Below are positions 43,944-56,325 of a stretch of 64,000 bases of DNA, in pieces. The notes under the pieces were generated by a model that worked only from the letters and a program-made list of their open reading frames with translations, was not told the origin of the DNA and searched no databases. Position 1 is the first letter of the stretch, and each line of letters opens with the position of its first letter. Position numbers and translations under genes: made by a program. Source of the DNA: Mayamaea pseudoterrestris (taxonomy: Eukaryota); NCBI GenBank assembly GCA_027923505.1, contig BROI01000022.1, forward strand, positions 558,001 to 622,000, written 5' to 3'.

Positions 43944-45989
43944 ATGAGAAATCTCGTGTTGCTACTGTCACATTTGGGAGCCGCCGTCGTGGCGCTTCAC
44001 CTCGGCTTTCTCTACAGCCTGCAACAACACGCACAAGTCATGGAGGATTGCGCCAAGCACAAGTCACCCGACTATCTCATTGTAGAACGAGTTCCGCAGC
44101 AGCAATCACCAAATCACAATGAATCGCCACTGTCGGCTCGCGTGTTTCTACCAACCATGCGAGACTTGCTGGTCGGTGGAGTGCTCGTGCCGAGGGACGA
44201 CTTTCGAGACAAATTTGATTTGGGATTTCCACTCGGCGAACATACAGCGGGACACAATAGCCACGTCCTACTGCTCTACCAGTCACACGATAGTCTTCCA
44301 TCCAACTACTCGAGTATGTTGTCATTGAATCAATCGAGTAGCAGCAGCATCTTTCCAACCATGCATTCACTCGACGACGCTCTCGAAAACTGCGAAACAC
44401 TGAAACACGTTTCCATGCCATACATGAATGGTCCCAAGCATCGCAACGCGCAAACGTGCACCGCCCTCGTTGGCCAAACCGAAGCTGACTATGTCGTCAA
44501 GTGGGTGCAGCTGCAGCAAAAGCAGCAGCAACAAGCCCAAGGCAGCATTAACAACAAGCGCCCCAAAATATACTTTGAATCATCCAGTCGCTACAGTTAC
44601 GGCAGCCACGAAGAGTCTAACTTTGTACAAACTGTTCCAAATTATCATCGCACCATTCAACCGTCGCTTGGCATACTGCAGAACTACTTGAGCGTCCTTC
44701 CAGACGCACTGGATAGACTCCGCGTCGTGGCGCAACAAGTTGCCGACGCGGGGAGCGACACTGTCAAAAATAATCTCTTTGTCATGGTGACCAATCTGGG
44801 GCACGCCGAGCTGTTCATCAATTTCGTGTGCGCGGCGCGCCGCGTCAATCTCGACTTGTCAAAAGTGTTGGTTTTTGCGACGGACCACGACACGTACGAG
44901 CTGGTGCGAGCCATGAACGTGGCCGCCTTTTACGACGAACAAGTGTTTGCCAGCATTCCGCGTGACTCGAGTGCGAAATATGGAGATTTGCAGTATGGAA
45001 AAATCATGATGTCCAAAGTATATTGCGCGCACTTGATGAGTTTGCTGAGTGAGAAATACAACTTTTTGTTTCAGGATGTGGACATTATTCCATACACGAG
45101 TCAATACTTGGAATGGTTCGTTGACTTGTCCAAACAGCAACCTGAGTATGATTTGTTCTTTCAAAACGACCACAATTTCCGGGCCGAGTATAGTCCATAT
45201 GTGACCAATAGTGGATGCTACTATGGTGAGTAGCATTCAACGTTGAATCAATTTGATGAACGAGAAAGCGACGTACATGGCAGACGGCCGGACGAAACAA
45301 GTTTTTTAAAGCGGTGCCGTCTCACGTATTGTTTTCTCGTTGCCGCAGTTGTGAACAATGCACGGACGAGACACTTTTTCGCCGACTTTGTCAAACGCGG
45401 CGACGCTGTGGCAAAAGCAAAGAGCCACCAAGCAGCCATGTCGGGTCTACTAACGGAACATGTCAACCTATACGGCCTTCGACCCAAGACACTATGGGGT
45501 GATCATGAAGTTTTGCTGAGTAAGTTGACGTGGTTTGCGTTGTGGGTGAAAAAGTTGGATGGAATTGATGGACAGAGTGCGCACCAGACGCTTTATGCAT
45601 GCACTCATAAACTATCTCACGCTTCTACACTAACTCTGTTGCGTTTAACAGTTGGGTGGCACTTTCATCGCAACGGCGACAATGTCATGAAAGACTTGAT
45701 CCGAAGCAACAAAACATCCGCACTCTCCATGCACATGAATTGGAATTCGCACAAGGAGGAAAAGCGACCATTTCTGGAGCAAATGGGGGACTGGTATCTC
45801 TTTGAGCCATGCGTTGGCGACAAGACGCTTGCCGACATTGAAAAGAACACTAGCCGAAAAGGCGATCTCGTTGCCACCTGCTGCTCGGCGACTCCACTTT
45901 ACAAATGCCATTTTAAGGACAAGCCATCACTTTTGCCTTGCGAGTCCAATAAAACACACGCCGCTAAAAGCAAGAAGTCATTTTGGTGA
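43944..45989 (+). CDS. Nucleotide-diphospho-sugar transferase (GT77-like), type II membrane protein, 3 exons (introns 45226..45348 and 45520..45651)
   Basis: N-terminal TM; MVTNLGHAELFINFVCAA, VLVFATD, FLFQDVDII (DxD), NSGCYY, SHQ and MHMNW. Confidence 0.85.
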
Positions 45990-46553
45990 ACGGGTAACAG
46001 CTATTTACAGTAATGAACGCGTACGTGCTCCACTGCTCGAGAGCACCACGACCACAACTTGCCTCCATGACTACCCGATCGAACCCTCGACATGAAGGAC
46101 AGCGACTGCTCGAATTTTACATGAACTATCTTGCTGTTAAAGAAGTAAGCACTGGAGGAGTTGTTTTCAATCAGATATGAACCACCAAGAACCACCATGT
46201 CGGTCAACAGCATTCTACATCACCATCTGCATCCGCCCCTTTCACTCCGGTAGCACGGACTGGATGAAATGGCGCATGCGACGACTAAAACATGCACAAA
46301 TTGACAAACTGTATGATAACATTTACCCTATATTCTAATGGAAGTAAAATTAACTAAGTTTTCTCTCATAGTTGCATCATACGTAGGTCCTGTACAAGAT
46401 TTTTAGTACCGCTCACTCGTCGTACAGGTACTCATTTTTTCTCCTCGCGGACGGAATTTCGATCGCTGCGTATACCATGGCATGGATCACAACCGCGAGC
46501 GACGCTGGAACAGTAGGATTAAATTGTTGCGGCCAGTGAAACCAGCAGCGAGG

Positions 46554-49382
46554 ATGTCGTCCCGATGGTGGTTGGCAATTGGTGTTGGAACATTCGTTGC
46601 TCTACTGTCGTCTCACGGAAATGTGCATGCTGCCTTTGACGAACGTGCGACCGAACCACGACCAATACATGACAACTCGCAAACACCAATCAATCACTCA
46701 TTCAAGCATGAACCAATTGCAAGAATGGTTACAGAGTCGTCGACTGGAGCTTTGCCAATGAGCAACGAAACGGAGACGGCGCTCCAGCAGGAACAGCAGC
46801 GAACGAACGCCGTCCTATTTCCGGCGCTGTGCATCGTCTTTGGTGCAATGATATACTACACCTTGTCCCGCGTCAAGATTTTGTCGCACTTGCTTCCCTA
46901 CACTGCCATGTGCTTTGTGTTGGGTGCCGTCTTGGGTGTTTCCACGATTCTGCTTAAATCGCACAGCAATCACCTTCACGAATCGGTGCAGGCGTGGACC
47001 AACATTGACTCGCAGGTGCTCCTGTTGACGTTTCTACCAGGACTGTTATTTGCGGATTCGATCGGCTTGAACGTTCATTTGTTTCGCAGCTCGTTCCTAC
47101 AAAATTTCATCTTTGCGTTTCCCCTCGTGTTGGCCGGCACGACGCTGACGGCCTGCGTGGCCTACTACATGTTTCCCTACCAGTGGTCGTTCAACTTGTG
47201 CATGACGTTTGGAAGCATATTGTCGGCGACGGATCCGGTGGCGGTGGCAGCCTTGTTGAACGAGCTTGGTGCGCCGCCGAGACTCAAGGTGCATATTAGT
47301 GGAGAAGCCTTGTTGAACGATGGGTCGGCCATTGTTTACTTTTCAATCTTTTCCATGAAGTATCTTTACGAACTAGGGATTCAAGGTGTTGGAGAAGGTA
47401 CGATCAACGATGTATAACATCGTTGACTGTCGCGTGTGCATGCTCAACCATTGCATCTACCCACCTGCAGACGTGGATTGGGCTCTTGGGGTAGCACTTT
47501 TCTTTCGGAAGTCACTGGGAGGAGTTGCCATTGGATTATTCTTTGGCTTGTCCATTTGCCTTGCGCTAAAGCTGTTTAATCGTCGATTTACGCGAGAAGA
47601 AAACGTGGCCGAGGTCTCATCCATACTTGGGTTGGTGTACATTAACTACTTTTGTGCCGACTACGTGTGGGAAACCTCGGGGGTGATTGCTACCGTGTTT
47701 GCAGGACTAACGGTAAAGCTGTTTGGAAGCGCCATGTTGAACGATGGGAAGCTAATGAACGATTTCTGGACCCTTTTGGAGCATGTACTCAACACTGTAC
47801 TCTTTACGCTCGGTAAGTGAAGCCCATCAGCTACTCGCACTTGTCCGACAAGATTTGCTGCTCACCACCTATATTTACGACAGGAGGTGTAGTCTACGGG
47901 AACATTCTAGTAGAAGACCAGTTCAACGGCAAGGAATGGGCTTACCTCTTTTTACTCTATGTCATGCTTGGTATAATTCGATCAGTGCTCTTTCTAGTTG
48001 CGTACCCAGTGACAAAGAATATCGGGTTGAAGACTTCTTGGCAAGAACAAGTGTTCCAGGTTCATGCAGGCCTCCGCGGTGCTGTTGGAATTGCTCTGGC
48101 GCTTTCTTTGAACAGCCAGGTTAGAATCATCTCCTCAGGCGGCGACGTCGATCCTCTATACCACGAGCAGACTCAAAGAGTTTTTGGTTTTGTTGGAGGA
48201 ATTGCACTGCTGACACTTGTCATTAATGCGCCAACATGCAAACCACTTTTAAAATATCTCAAACTCTCCGAGTCGAGCGAGACCAGAGGAAAGATACTGG
48301 ATGCTTATCGCACACGTTTTAGGAGACATGCTATACACGAAATGGTCTGCCTTTTGTCGCAGCCTCGCTTTGGTTACGTCAATTTTGCTATTGTTCAGAG
48401 TCACGTCTCATTCGTTTCAGACCTTACGAGATCACAGCTACGAGAAGCTGTCGACCGGCACAAGGAAATGACACCCATTGACGAATACAACGCGCCCCAA
48501 CTCGGTGGAATTATGCCTTTCATTGTCAATGACACGGGTGAATCTGTTGCAGGAGCAGGGCCAGAATTGTCTAGCGACCAAGTGCTGCTGGAAACTAATG
48601 CTCCTGCAGAGACTTCGAGCGATGCTGTTCAGCACGATGCGCAAGAGTGCAGAACCCTTTTTCTTGACATTCTTAGATCTGCATACGCTATGCAGATAGC
48701 GGAAGGTGAGCTAGTTCAGAGGCAGTTTCTCACTGTTGCACTCGAACAGTCACTGGATCTTGCGCACGACCAGGTTGCTCAAGGGGCATCACTCGCGGAC
48801 TGGGATTACGTCAAGCTCCTTGACCCAGCTTTCAGCAGACTGGACCGATCGTTAAAGAAGATGCCAGCTGCTCTACATTGTCTTGACTCGGTACGCCCTG
48901 GTATGCATGGACGTTGGAAGCAAGCTAGCAAGCGTTTCACGACGGAGCGGGCACTGGCATTCATGGCGGCTCATCGTTACGCACAAGAGTTTTTTCGACG
49001 CGAATTCGAGAATGCCGAGCATGAGCTATCCAAGGCGGGCGAGTTAGTCGTCCGAGAAAGCCAGTTGCAATATTTGAAAGCGGAAGCAATATTGAAAAAG
49101 CAAGAGCCCAGCGATCTGGAACAAGCCGTCTCTCACAAGTTCTGCTCCATCCTATTGAACTCGTTGATCATTTATGTTGGGCGATTGGTGGAACAGGGTC
49201 TCCTTAAGGACGAAGAAGCAGAACATTGGGTTGCAGAAGTTGAAGTTGAGCTTGCGGACGTTAACGCTTGCTCTCGATCTCACTCTGTTCGTTCCCGTCA
49301 ATGCAGCGACAAGGGCCGATTGAAAAGCATTCTTGACGTGGACGGTATAATCCCCGGCGCTGCTAGAAGTCAGTCGCTTTAA
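46554..49382 (+). CDS. CPA1 Na+/H+ antiporter, SOS1/NhaP-like paralogue 2 (introns 47398..47470 and 47813..47883)
   Basis: Signal peptide, LSATDPVAV, GEALLNDG and GLRGAVGIALAL; splicing gives GVGE-DV and FTL-GGV. Confidence 0.93.
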
Positions 49383-49665
49383 CCTTTTTAGTGCCGTAGA
49401 ATGCTAGTACAAATAATTAGACAGCAGCGAAAACGATTTATTTTAGAGGAAACAATTTCAACTGGTGGCGCTAGCCAGCTTGTGCCGTGTGCGGTCGATC
49501 GCCAGGGGATGTTTGGCTTTCCTATAGTTAAAAAGTCTTGAAGCATCCAAAAGAAAGTCGTCGGCTCGGAGCGCCTGGTAATGTAAGCTGATTATGGATG
49601 CTGCACTTGTTCCAATTTCTACCCGGTGCAACGAGGATGTAGGCTTAGTAACTTTCCAATTTGCA

Positions 49666-51354
49666 TTACAACATTTCAATCCCCTCGCAGTCAAGTTGTA
49701 AGATGTCCGTCTTGCAGCCGAGCAGAGTCGACAGGTTTGGCGCAGTCCTGCCCAGATCGCCATGGCACCACTCCTTCACGTAGGTCCCAGCATCAGTACT
49801 AATGTGCAGAATGAAATGGTGGTCATCCGTTCGCTCGATGCGGCAGGACAAGACATGTCGGACCCGCGTCATGTTGACTCGACGATGTAAGACGCGAATC
49901 GGCGTCTTTTGCTGAATTTGTAATGGAAATGTATGCAGTTGCAGCTGCTCTTGTAAGTTCTCAATGCTAGTAAATGGCTTCTCGCTCCAGCAGTAACATG
50001 CATAGTGCTTGATCTTTTCTTCCGTCTCCGCTTGCAAAGACGAATACGCCGCAGCGCGCACAAACGATAGATCAGGCGAGACATCCACACCCAGAGGATT
50101 GCATCCATACGCCCTTGACGGGTCCTTAATGTTCAAAGTAGGTATAGTTGTATTGCTTGCAGCGTCACCGTTTATTGCCGTGTGATTAATCGCATTCACA
50201 ATCTGCACCAAATCTGGCTTCGTTGGCATGCGCAATGCATCCGTGACTTCACATACAAAGGGGCGCCCACAAATGCTTTTGTCTGTCGGAACTTGCGTAG
50301 GAAGCATCATGCGCACGTCCATATCTTCTCGACCCGACGCGTGAAACTTGATCATGCCGAATTGGACGCCACTAGTAAGTGGCACATGTTCCTCGTTGAG
50401 TGACGAAACGCCACCAACGTGACGCTCCATCACCGCAACGATTTGTTCCTCCACCGAAGTTACTCCCAGACGTCGCTTCTTGCTAGGCTCACCGTCGACT
50501 ACGTCATGACTTGGTACGAAAAAGGGAGTCTGCGAAACATCGCGACGCGACTTGGTATACTTGGCACCAAGGTAGAATGGCTTGCGCCAAACAGCCACGT
50601 CAATACTTAATTCGCCAGTCATCTTTGACATTAATATATCATCATCATGCTTGGATGCATACTGCGACGTTGCCAAGGCCTGGTTGATGGACCATATTCT
50701 CGTGTCCAGTGTGCGTTCAATACGTTCCTCGTGATTGACCCGCGGATCTCCTCCCTGCGAAACGTCCAGTTGCTTGCGCTGCCGCCTCGTCCGGCGACTT
50801 TGTTGCTGCGTCAAGGGATTCGCCGGAATGAGGTCCATTGGTCGAGGCATTTCCGTTGGAAGGGTCAAGAGGACGTGGACGCAAAGGTAGCCCTGCTCCT
50901 CGTTGATTATCTCTGCAGGATACTTAGCTTCCATTTCCCACAGTGGCATTTGCGAAAGACGTTCAATGCAGTCATCCAGTTGCTTCGTCGCATACTTTTT
51001 GAGTCGATCCGCAAACGTACTAATGGGTGTACTACTTTTAGTCGCGCCGGCTTTCTGCTGGATCGCCAGCTTGTATCGATGCACCAAGTCTCCCGGGAGA
51101 ACGATTCGTGGAAGATGGTTCATGTTGACAGTACTACTGCCGTGGACGAAGCGATTGCTACGCGTGCCGCCGTAGAGTTTCGTTGCTTCTTGCACCGCAT
51201 GCGCCAGGCGCTGCTGGAGCGAGTTTTCGTCGCCGTCTTGCCAAAAGCCGAGGCAGACAAAGCAACGCTCGTCCTTGTTGATGCATTCTGAATTTGGTGC
51301 TTTCTCCGAGTTTCCATGAACATATTGACAGCAATTTTTGCAAAGGTGAACCAT
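49666..51354 (-). CDS. PUS10: tRNA pseudouridine synthase Pus10
   Basis: YTKSRRDVSQTPF, FHASGREDMDVRM (catalytic Asp), GRPFV, QKTPIRVLHRR and AGTYVKEWCHGDLGRTAPNL. Confidence 0.95.
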   Translation of the reverse strand: MVHLCKNCCQYVHGNSEKAPNSECINKDERCFVCLGFWQDGDENSLQQRLAHAVQEATKLYGGTRSNRFVHGSSTVNMNHLPRIVLPGDLVHRYKLAIQQKAGATKSSTPISTFADRLKKYATKQLDDCIERLSQMPLWEMEAKYPAEIINEEQGYLCVHVLLTLPTEMPRPMDLIPANPLTQQQSRRTRRQRKQLDVSQGGDPRVNHEERIERTLDTRIWSINQALATSQYASKHDDDILMSKMTGELSIDVAVWRKPFYLGAKYTKSRRDVSQTPFFVPSHDVVDGEPSKKRRLGVTSVEEQIVAVMERHVGGVSSLNEEHVPLTSGVQFGMIKFHASGREDMDVRMMLPTQVPTDKSICGRPFVCEVTDALRMPTKPDLVQIVNAINHTAINGDAASNTTIPTLNIKDPSRAYGCNPLGVDVSPDLSFVRAAAYSSLQAETEEKIKHYACYCWSEKPFTSIENLQEQLQLHTFPLQIQQKTPIRVLHRRVNMTRVRHVLSCRIERTDDHHFILHISTDAGTYVKEWCHGDLGRTAPNLSTLLGCKTDILQLDCEGIEML

Positions 51355-51658
51355 ACTATGTTGCTGTCAGGTTGCGGGATCAGGATGCCAGTCGAATGCG
51401 CATTGAAAAAAAAATGCGAAGACGAGTGGTGCAAAAGCATGTCGCACCAGTACACATTAGATCGCAGCGGTTTTCGAATCGGAACGTAACGGATCCAAGA
51501 TCAAAAGATCCACAAGCGATCACAGTCGAGAGCGCTTCTGTACTACATAATGAACAACACTTCGTTCCATCAAGCTTGCGATATATTATACAGTCTGCTA
51601 GCTTCACCGAGTCTTGATAGTTGGTCGTATACGGAAAATGAATATATGATCCTTCACA

Positions 51659-54453
51659 ATGCATCTGCATGTTACGTTCGTTTTCCTCGCTCTTGCTCTG
51701 TTCGCAAATTCCATTGCTGCGCAGCGACATGGACTCACGGAGGGTATGCGGAATGAAAACAACAAAATTGCTGCATCTAGAAATGTCAAAGCTGGAGGTG
51801 ACTGCAACGGCATAGAATTTGTGTCTGCTACTGACAACCAGCTTGTCGAGCGCGCCGTTGTCGAAACGACGAGCGATGAATCCTTGTCCAGCAGCAACAA
51901 CAACGCCACCGAAACCATACTGGAGAACGAGGCGGAGCACGCCGATGCCGTTCTCTTTCCTTCCTTTTGCGTCACCATTGGAGCCGTCGTTTACTTGGCA
52001 CTGACGCGCGTCAAGTGGCTGACCAACACGTTGCCATACACGGCTGTGTGCTTTACCATTGGCGCGTCGATTGGCGCCGCCACGTTGCGGCGTAGCTCTT
52101 CCGACAATATACTGCACGATTCGGTGCAAATTTGGACCAGCATTGACGCGGAAGTCTTGCTGCTCGTCTTTTTGCCTGGCTTAATCTTTCGCGACGCCTA
52201 CGGATTGAACGTTCACTTGCTGCGCGTCTCGTTGCTTCAAAACATCATCTTTGCCGTCCCCTTGGTCTTGGCGGGAACCACCTTGACGGCTCTCGTTGGA
52301 TACTACATGCTGCCGTATGGCTGGTCCTTTAACTTGTGCATGACGTTTGGAAGTATATTGTCAGCGACGGATCCAGTCGCCGTGGCAGCCTTGCTCAATG
52401 AGCTTGGAGCTCCGCCACGCCTCAAGATTCACATTAGTGGGGAAGCTTTGCTGAACGATGGATCCGCCATTGTGTTCTTCTCCATCTTTGTGCTACGCTT
52501 CCTGTATGAACTGGGAATTGCAGGCGTTGGAGAAGACGTTGGTGTTGCGCGAGGCGTTGCCTTGTTTTTCCAAAAGTCACTCGGCGGGGTTGCCGTCGGT
52601 TTGTTCTTTGGCTTGGCCATGTTGCTCATGCTCAAGCTCCACAACCGACGATTCTCACGGGAGGACAGCGTGTCGGAAGTTGCGGCTGTATTGGGACTGG
52701 CTTACGTCGGCTACTTTACCTCCGACTACGTTTGGATGACGAGCGGCGTCATTGCCACACTCACGGCTGGCGTCACCGTCAAGTATTTGGGACAAGCCTT
52801 GGTGAATGACGAAAAGCTCATGGATGACTTTTGGTCGCTGCTGGAGCATTTGCTCAACACTGTTTTATTTCATTTTGGGTACGTAATGAAAAAGTACTAT
52901 TTGACTGAAACATGTGTGCGTTCATTTTCAGCACCTTGCTAACTTTTTTACTTTTGCATGCAGGAGGCTTGGTGTGGAGTGACAGCCTCATAAACGGCGC
53001 TTTCGGTCCGAAATTGTGGGCGAACATTGTTCTGCTTTATGTAATGTTGACCATTATCAGGGCGGTGCTGTTCTTTGCCGTTTATCCATTGACAAGGCGG
53101 ATTGGACTTGGAACAAGTATTCAGGAAACTATCTTTCAAATTCATGGCGGTTTGCGTGGTGCGGTTGGCATCGCGTTGGCGCTCTCACTCGACAGCGAAG
53201 TCAGCCATCTTACCGAAGGCGGACAAGTCGATCCTATATATCGCGAGCAGACTCGTCAGGTGTTTGCTTTGGTGGGAGGAATTGCGTTCATGACACTCGT
53301 CATTAACGCGCCAACCTGCAAACCACTGCTTCGCTACACGAAGCTTTCTGAATCAAGTCAATCAAGGAAGAAGATTATTGACAGTTTTCGGGCCGATTTC
53401 CAAAGATTGGCTGTTCAAGATATGGTCGGGCTTTTGACACAGTCGCGCTTTCGTTTTGTAAACTTTGCCGTGATTAAGTGCCATGTTCCTTTCCTGAGAA
53501 ATCTGACAAAGTCACAGTTGATGGATGCGATAGAATACCACCGGGATACGACTCCAACGAAAGACTACAATGCACCAGAACTTGGCGGCATTATACCTTT
53601 TATAGATAATGATATGCAGACACAAGACGTTGCCGCGACAGATGTGCTTCGCGGCGATGCGCCCATGCACCAAGATCGGCCGAAGCGTACTCGAGAATAC
53701 ACTTCGACTTTGCGAATCATGATGCCGGAAGAGCCGAAAAATGTCCTGGAGTGTCGCTTGCTTTTCCTTTCCATGTTACGGTATGCCTATCAAGCTCAGA
53801 TTGCCAGTGGCGAGTTGGCCGATCGCGAGTTTCTTGCGCTGGCGCTGGAACAATCACTTGATTTGTCTAATGATCACGTTGCCAAGGGCGAACCACTCAA
53901 TGACTGGGCGTTTGTGAACCTTGTTGATCCCTCGATTGTCAAGATTGGACGCAAATGGAAGTTGCAATCGGCGGTTTGCGCATGTCTTGATAGGGTCTAC
54001 CCGAATGCGCACATGAGGTGGATGCACGCCAGAACGCGCCTAAACATTGATCGCGCGTTGTCATTCATGGCTGCCCATCAGTTTGCGCAAGAGTACTTTC
54101 ATGAGGAGTTTAGTGGCGTTGACAATGAGCTAACGGAGGCTGGTAAAATGGTTATCGTTGAGAGCAAGATGCAGTGTAGCAAGGCCGAAACTGCTTTGAA
54201 AAAGGAGGATCCCAGCGTCGTTGAACGGGTCGTCTCGCACAAATTTTGTTCGATCCTGTTGAGTTCCTCAATCGCTCACATTAAAGCGCTGGTGGAACAA
54301 GGGCTCTTAAAAGATGATGAAGCGGAGCATTGGGTTCAAGAGGTGGAGAAGGATCTCTCTATTGTGGATGCGTGTACCGAGGCGCATGGTTTGGGCGAAA
54401 ACGGGAAGAGACCAACTGAAGAGGCTGGTGATTGTGACATCCCCGCAGATTAG
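51659..54453 (+). CDS. CPA1 Na+/H+ antiporter, SOS1/NhaP-like paralogue 3 (intron starts at 52879; phase anomaly)
   Basis: Signal peptide, LSATDPVAV, GEALLNDG and GLRGAVGIALAL; colinear with paralogues 1 and 2. Confidence 0.88.
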
Positions 54454-54756
54454 CTTTCTATCGTCTGTTGAGAGACCGGTAAGCAGCTCCAGATAAGCAG
54501 AGGAGCGCGCACCATCCTCGCAGTCCGATCGAAACAGTTCTTGTTCGACAAGCAGTAGCTAAAAGAAAGCATAGCCACCGTTCGTGACATGTGCAACGTC
54601 AGCAGCCGCGCCAGCCCGCGCTCCCTTGCCCAGGCTCATCTTCGGATCTTTGGCAGGTCAACCAGACGACGAGGCTTCGACAATTTGCCTCTTCTTATCG
54701 GTACGCTTGTTCAATCTCCTACGAAACTGTATTTTACGAAGCAATCGACCTGGGCC

Positions 54757-56087
54757 ATGAGATCCATCGTTGTTGGAGTGAGCCGTCGAGCGCCTCATCT
54801 CGGCTCACAATCTCGCGTTGGATACCATACTTCATCCATGCTCAACATGCTCGACCGTCACAAGCAACCAGACTTGACATCGCCATGGGCCGATCCAGCC
54901 ATGCGTCAATACAAGTTTTGGAATCGAGAGCGCGATGCCAAGACTGGCGGAAAGTACTCGTACCTCATTGAAATGTCTCCGGAAAGTATAGTCAAGGAAG
55001 CTCGCATTCTAAGTTTGAGTGCCGACGTTGATGACGCGAGTGCAGCAGTGAATCAAGGGCCATTGCCGCTGGGAGCAAGTCTGATGGGAGTTGGAACAGA
55101 CGTGAAAGACTTTGATGGGTGCCGGAGTGCATCGAGCAAGCCAAATGTACTCTTTGTCAGTCCCTCTTGCCCAAAGGCCGTTGACGTATTGCCCCAGGTG
55201 CTCGATGCCTTTCCTTCGATTGAATGGATCCATTGCCGATCAGCTGGTATTGACTTTATTGTCTCTGATGACTTTTCCGAATTGACAAAGAAGCATAATA
55301 TTCAAGTCACTAATGCAAAGGGTCAGTTTAGCAGCTCCCTAGCCGAGTATGCCTTGTTTGCGTTTGGCTATTTCGCCAAGGACCTTCCTCGACTGATGCG
55401 TCAAAAGAAGGAGCGTAACTGGGAAAACTACGACATTGAGGAACTCCGGGGCAAGACACTCGGCATTGTCGGATACGGAGACATTGGTCATGCCTGCGCC
55501 AAGCTGGCGACGGTCTACGGCATGCGAATCATTGCCTTGCGGCGCCATCCGTACTTGTCACGCGACGATCCTTACTGCAACGTTGTATACGGCACTGGCA
55601 AGGCCAGTCTGAACCAGCTCATGAGCGAATCGGACTATATTGTTTGCAGTGCGCCATCTACAGGAGAAACTAGAGGCATGATCAATGCGGATGCATTCAA
55701 GGCCGTCAAGCAGGGTGCCGTCTTTTTGAATCTTGGTCGTGGACCCGTCGTTGACGAAGCGGCACTCATTGAGGCTTTGAAGAGCGGTCGACTGAGAGGG
55801 GCAGCCTTGGATGTCTTTGCCGAGGAGCCGCTACCGCAGTCATCTGAGCTATGGGACCTTCCCAACGTTTTGATCAGTCCTCACAATATGGTACGTTGCT
55901 TTGCCTTGAAAAATCGAGAGGCATTCTCACAAGCGTCCATTTACAAACTGTCTTCTTTCTATTATTCCAGGATCAAACGACAACATTCATGCACGAGGCT
56001 ACCGATTTCTTCTTGAACGAAAACCTGCCAAGGTTCCTTTGCGGCGAAGACCTACTAAATCCTGTCGATCCAGTGCTAGGCTATTAG
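54757..56087 (+). CDS. D-isomer-specific 2-hydroxyacid dehydrogenase, 2 exons (intron 55891..55970)
   Basis: SAGID, VTNAKG, GIVGYGDIG (NAD binding), NLGRGPVVDE, GAALDVFAEEPLP and ISPHNMD; Arg/Ser-rich presequence. Confidence 0.93.
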
Positions 56088-56325
56088 CAAATGTTATAAC
56101 CTTGTTAGCTATTTTTACCACTGATGCTTACAATGTTATACTCGTATGCCCGTATGCTGGCTATTCTTGAATGCACGACCAAGCCGATGGAAAAGGATTG
56201 TGAAACCACTGCGACTTCTCACGCGACTGATCAAAGAAAACGGACGACGACGATGTGAGATCACCTTTGCAGCTATTACATGCCATCTTTGTCATCAAGT
56301 TGTCCAAGTTTGCTATAAAAGCAGC

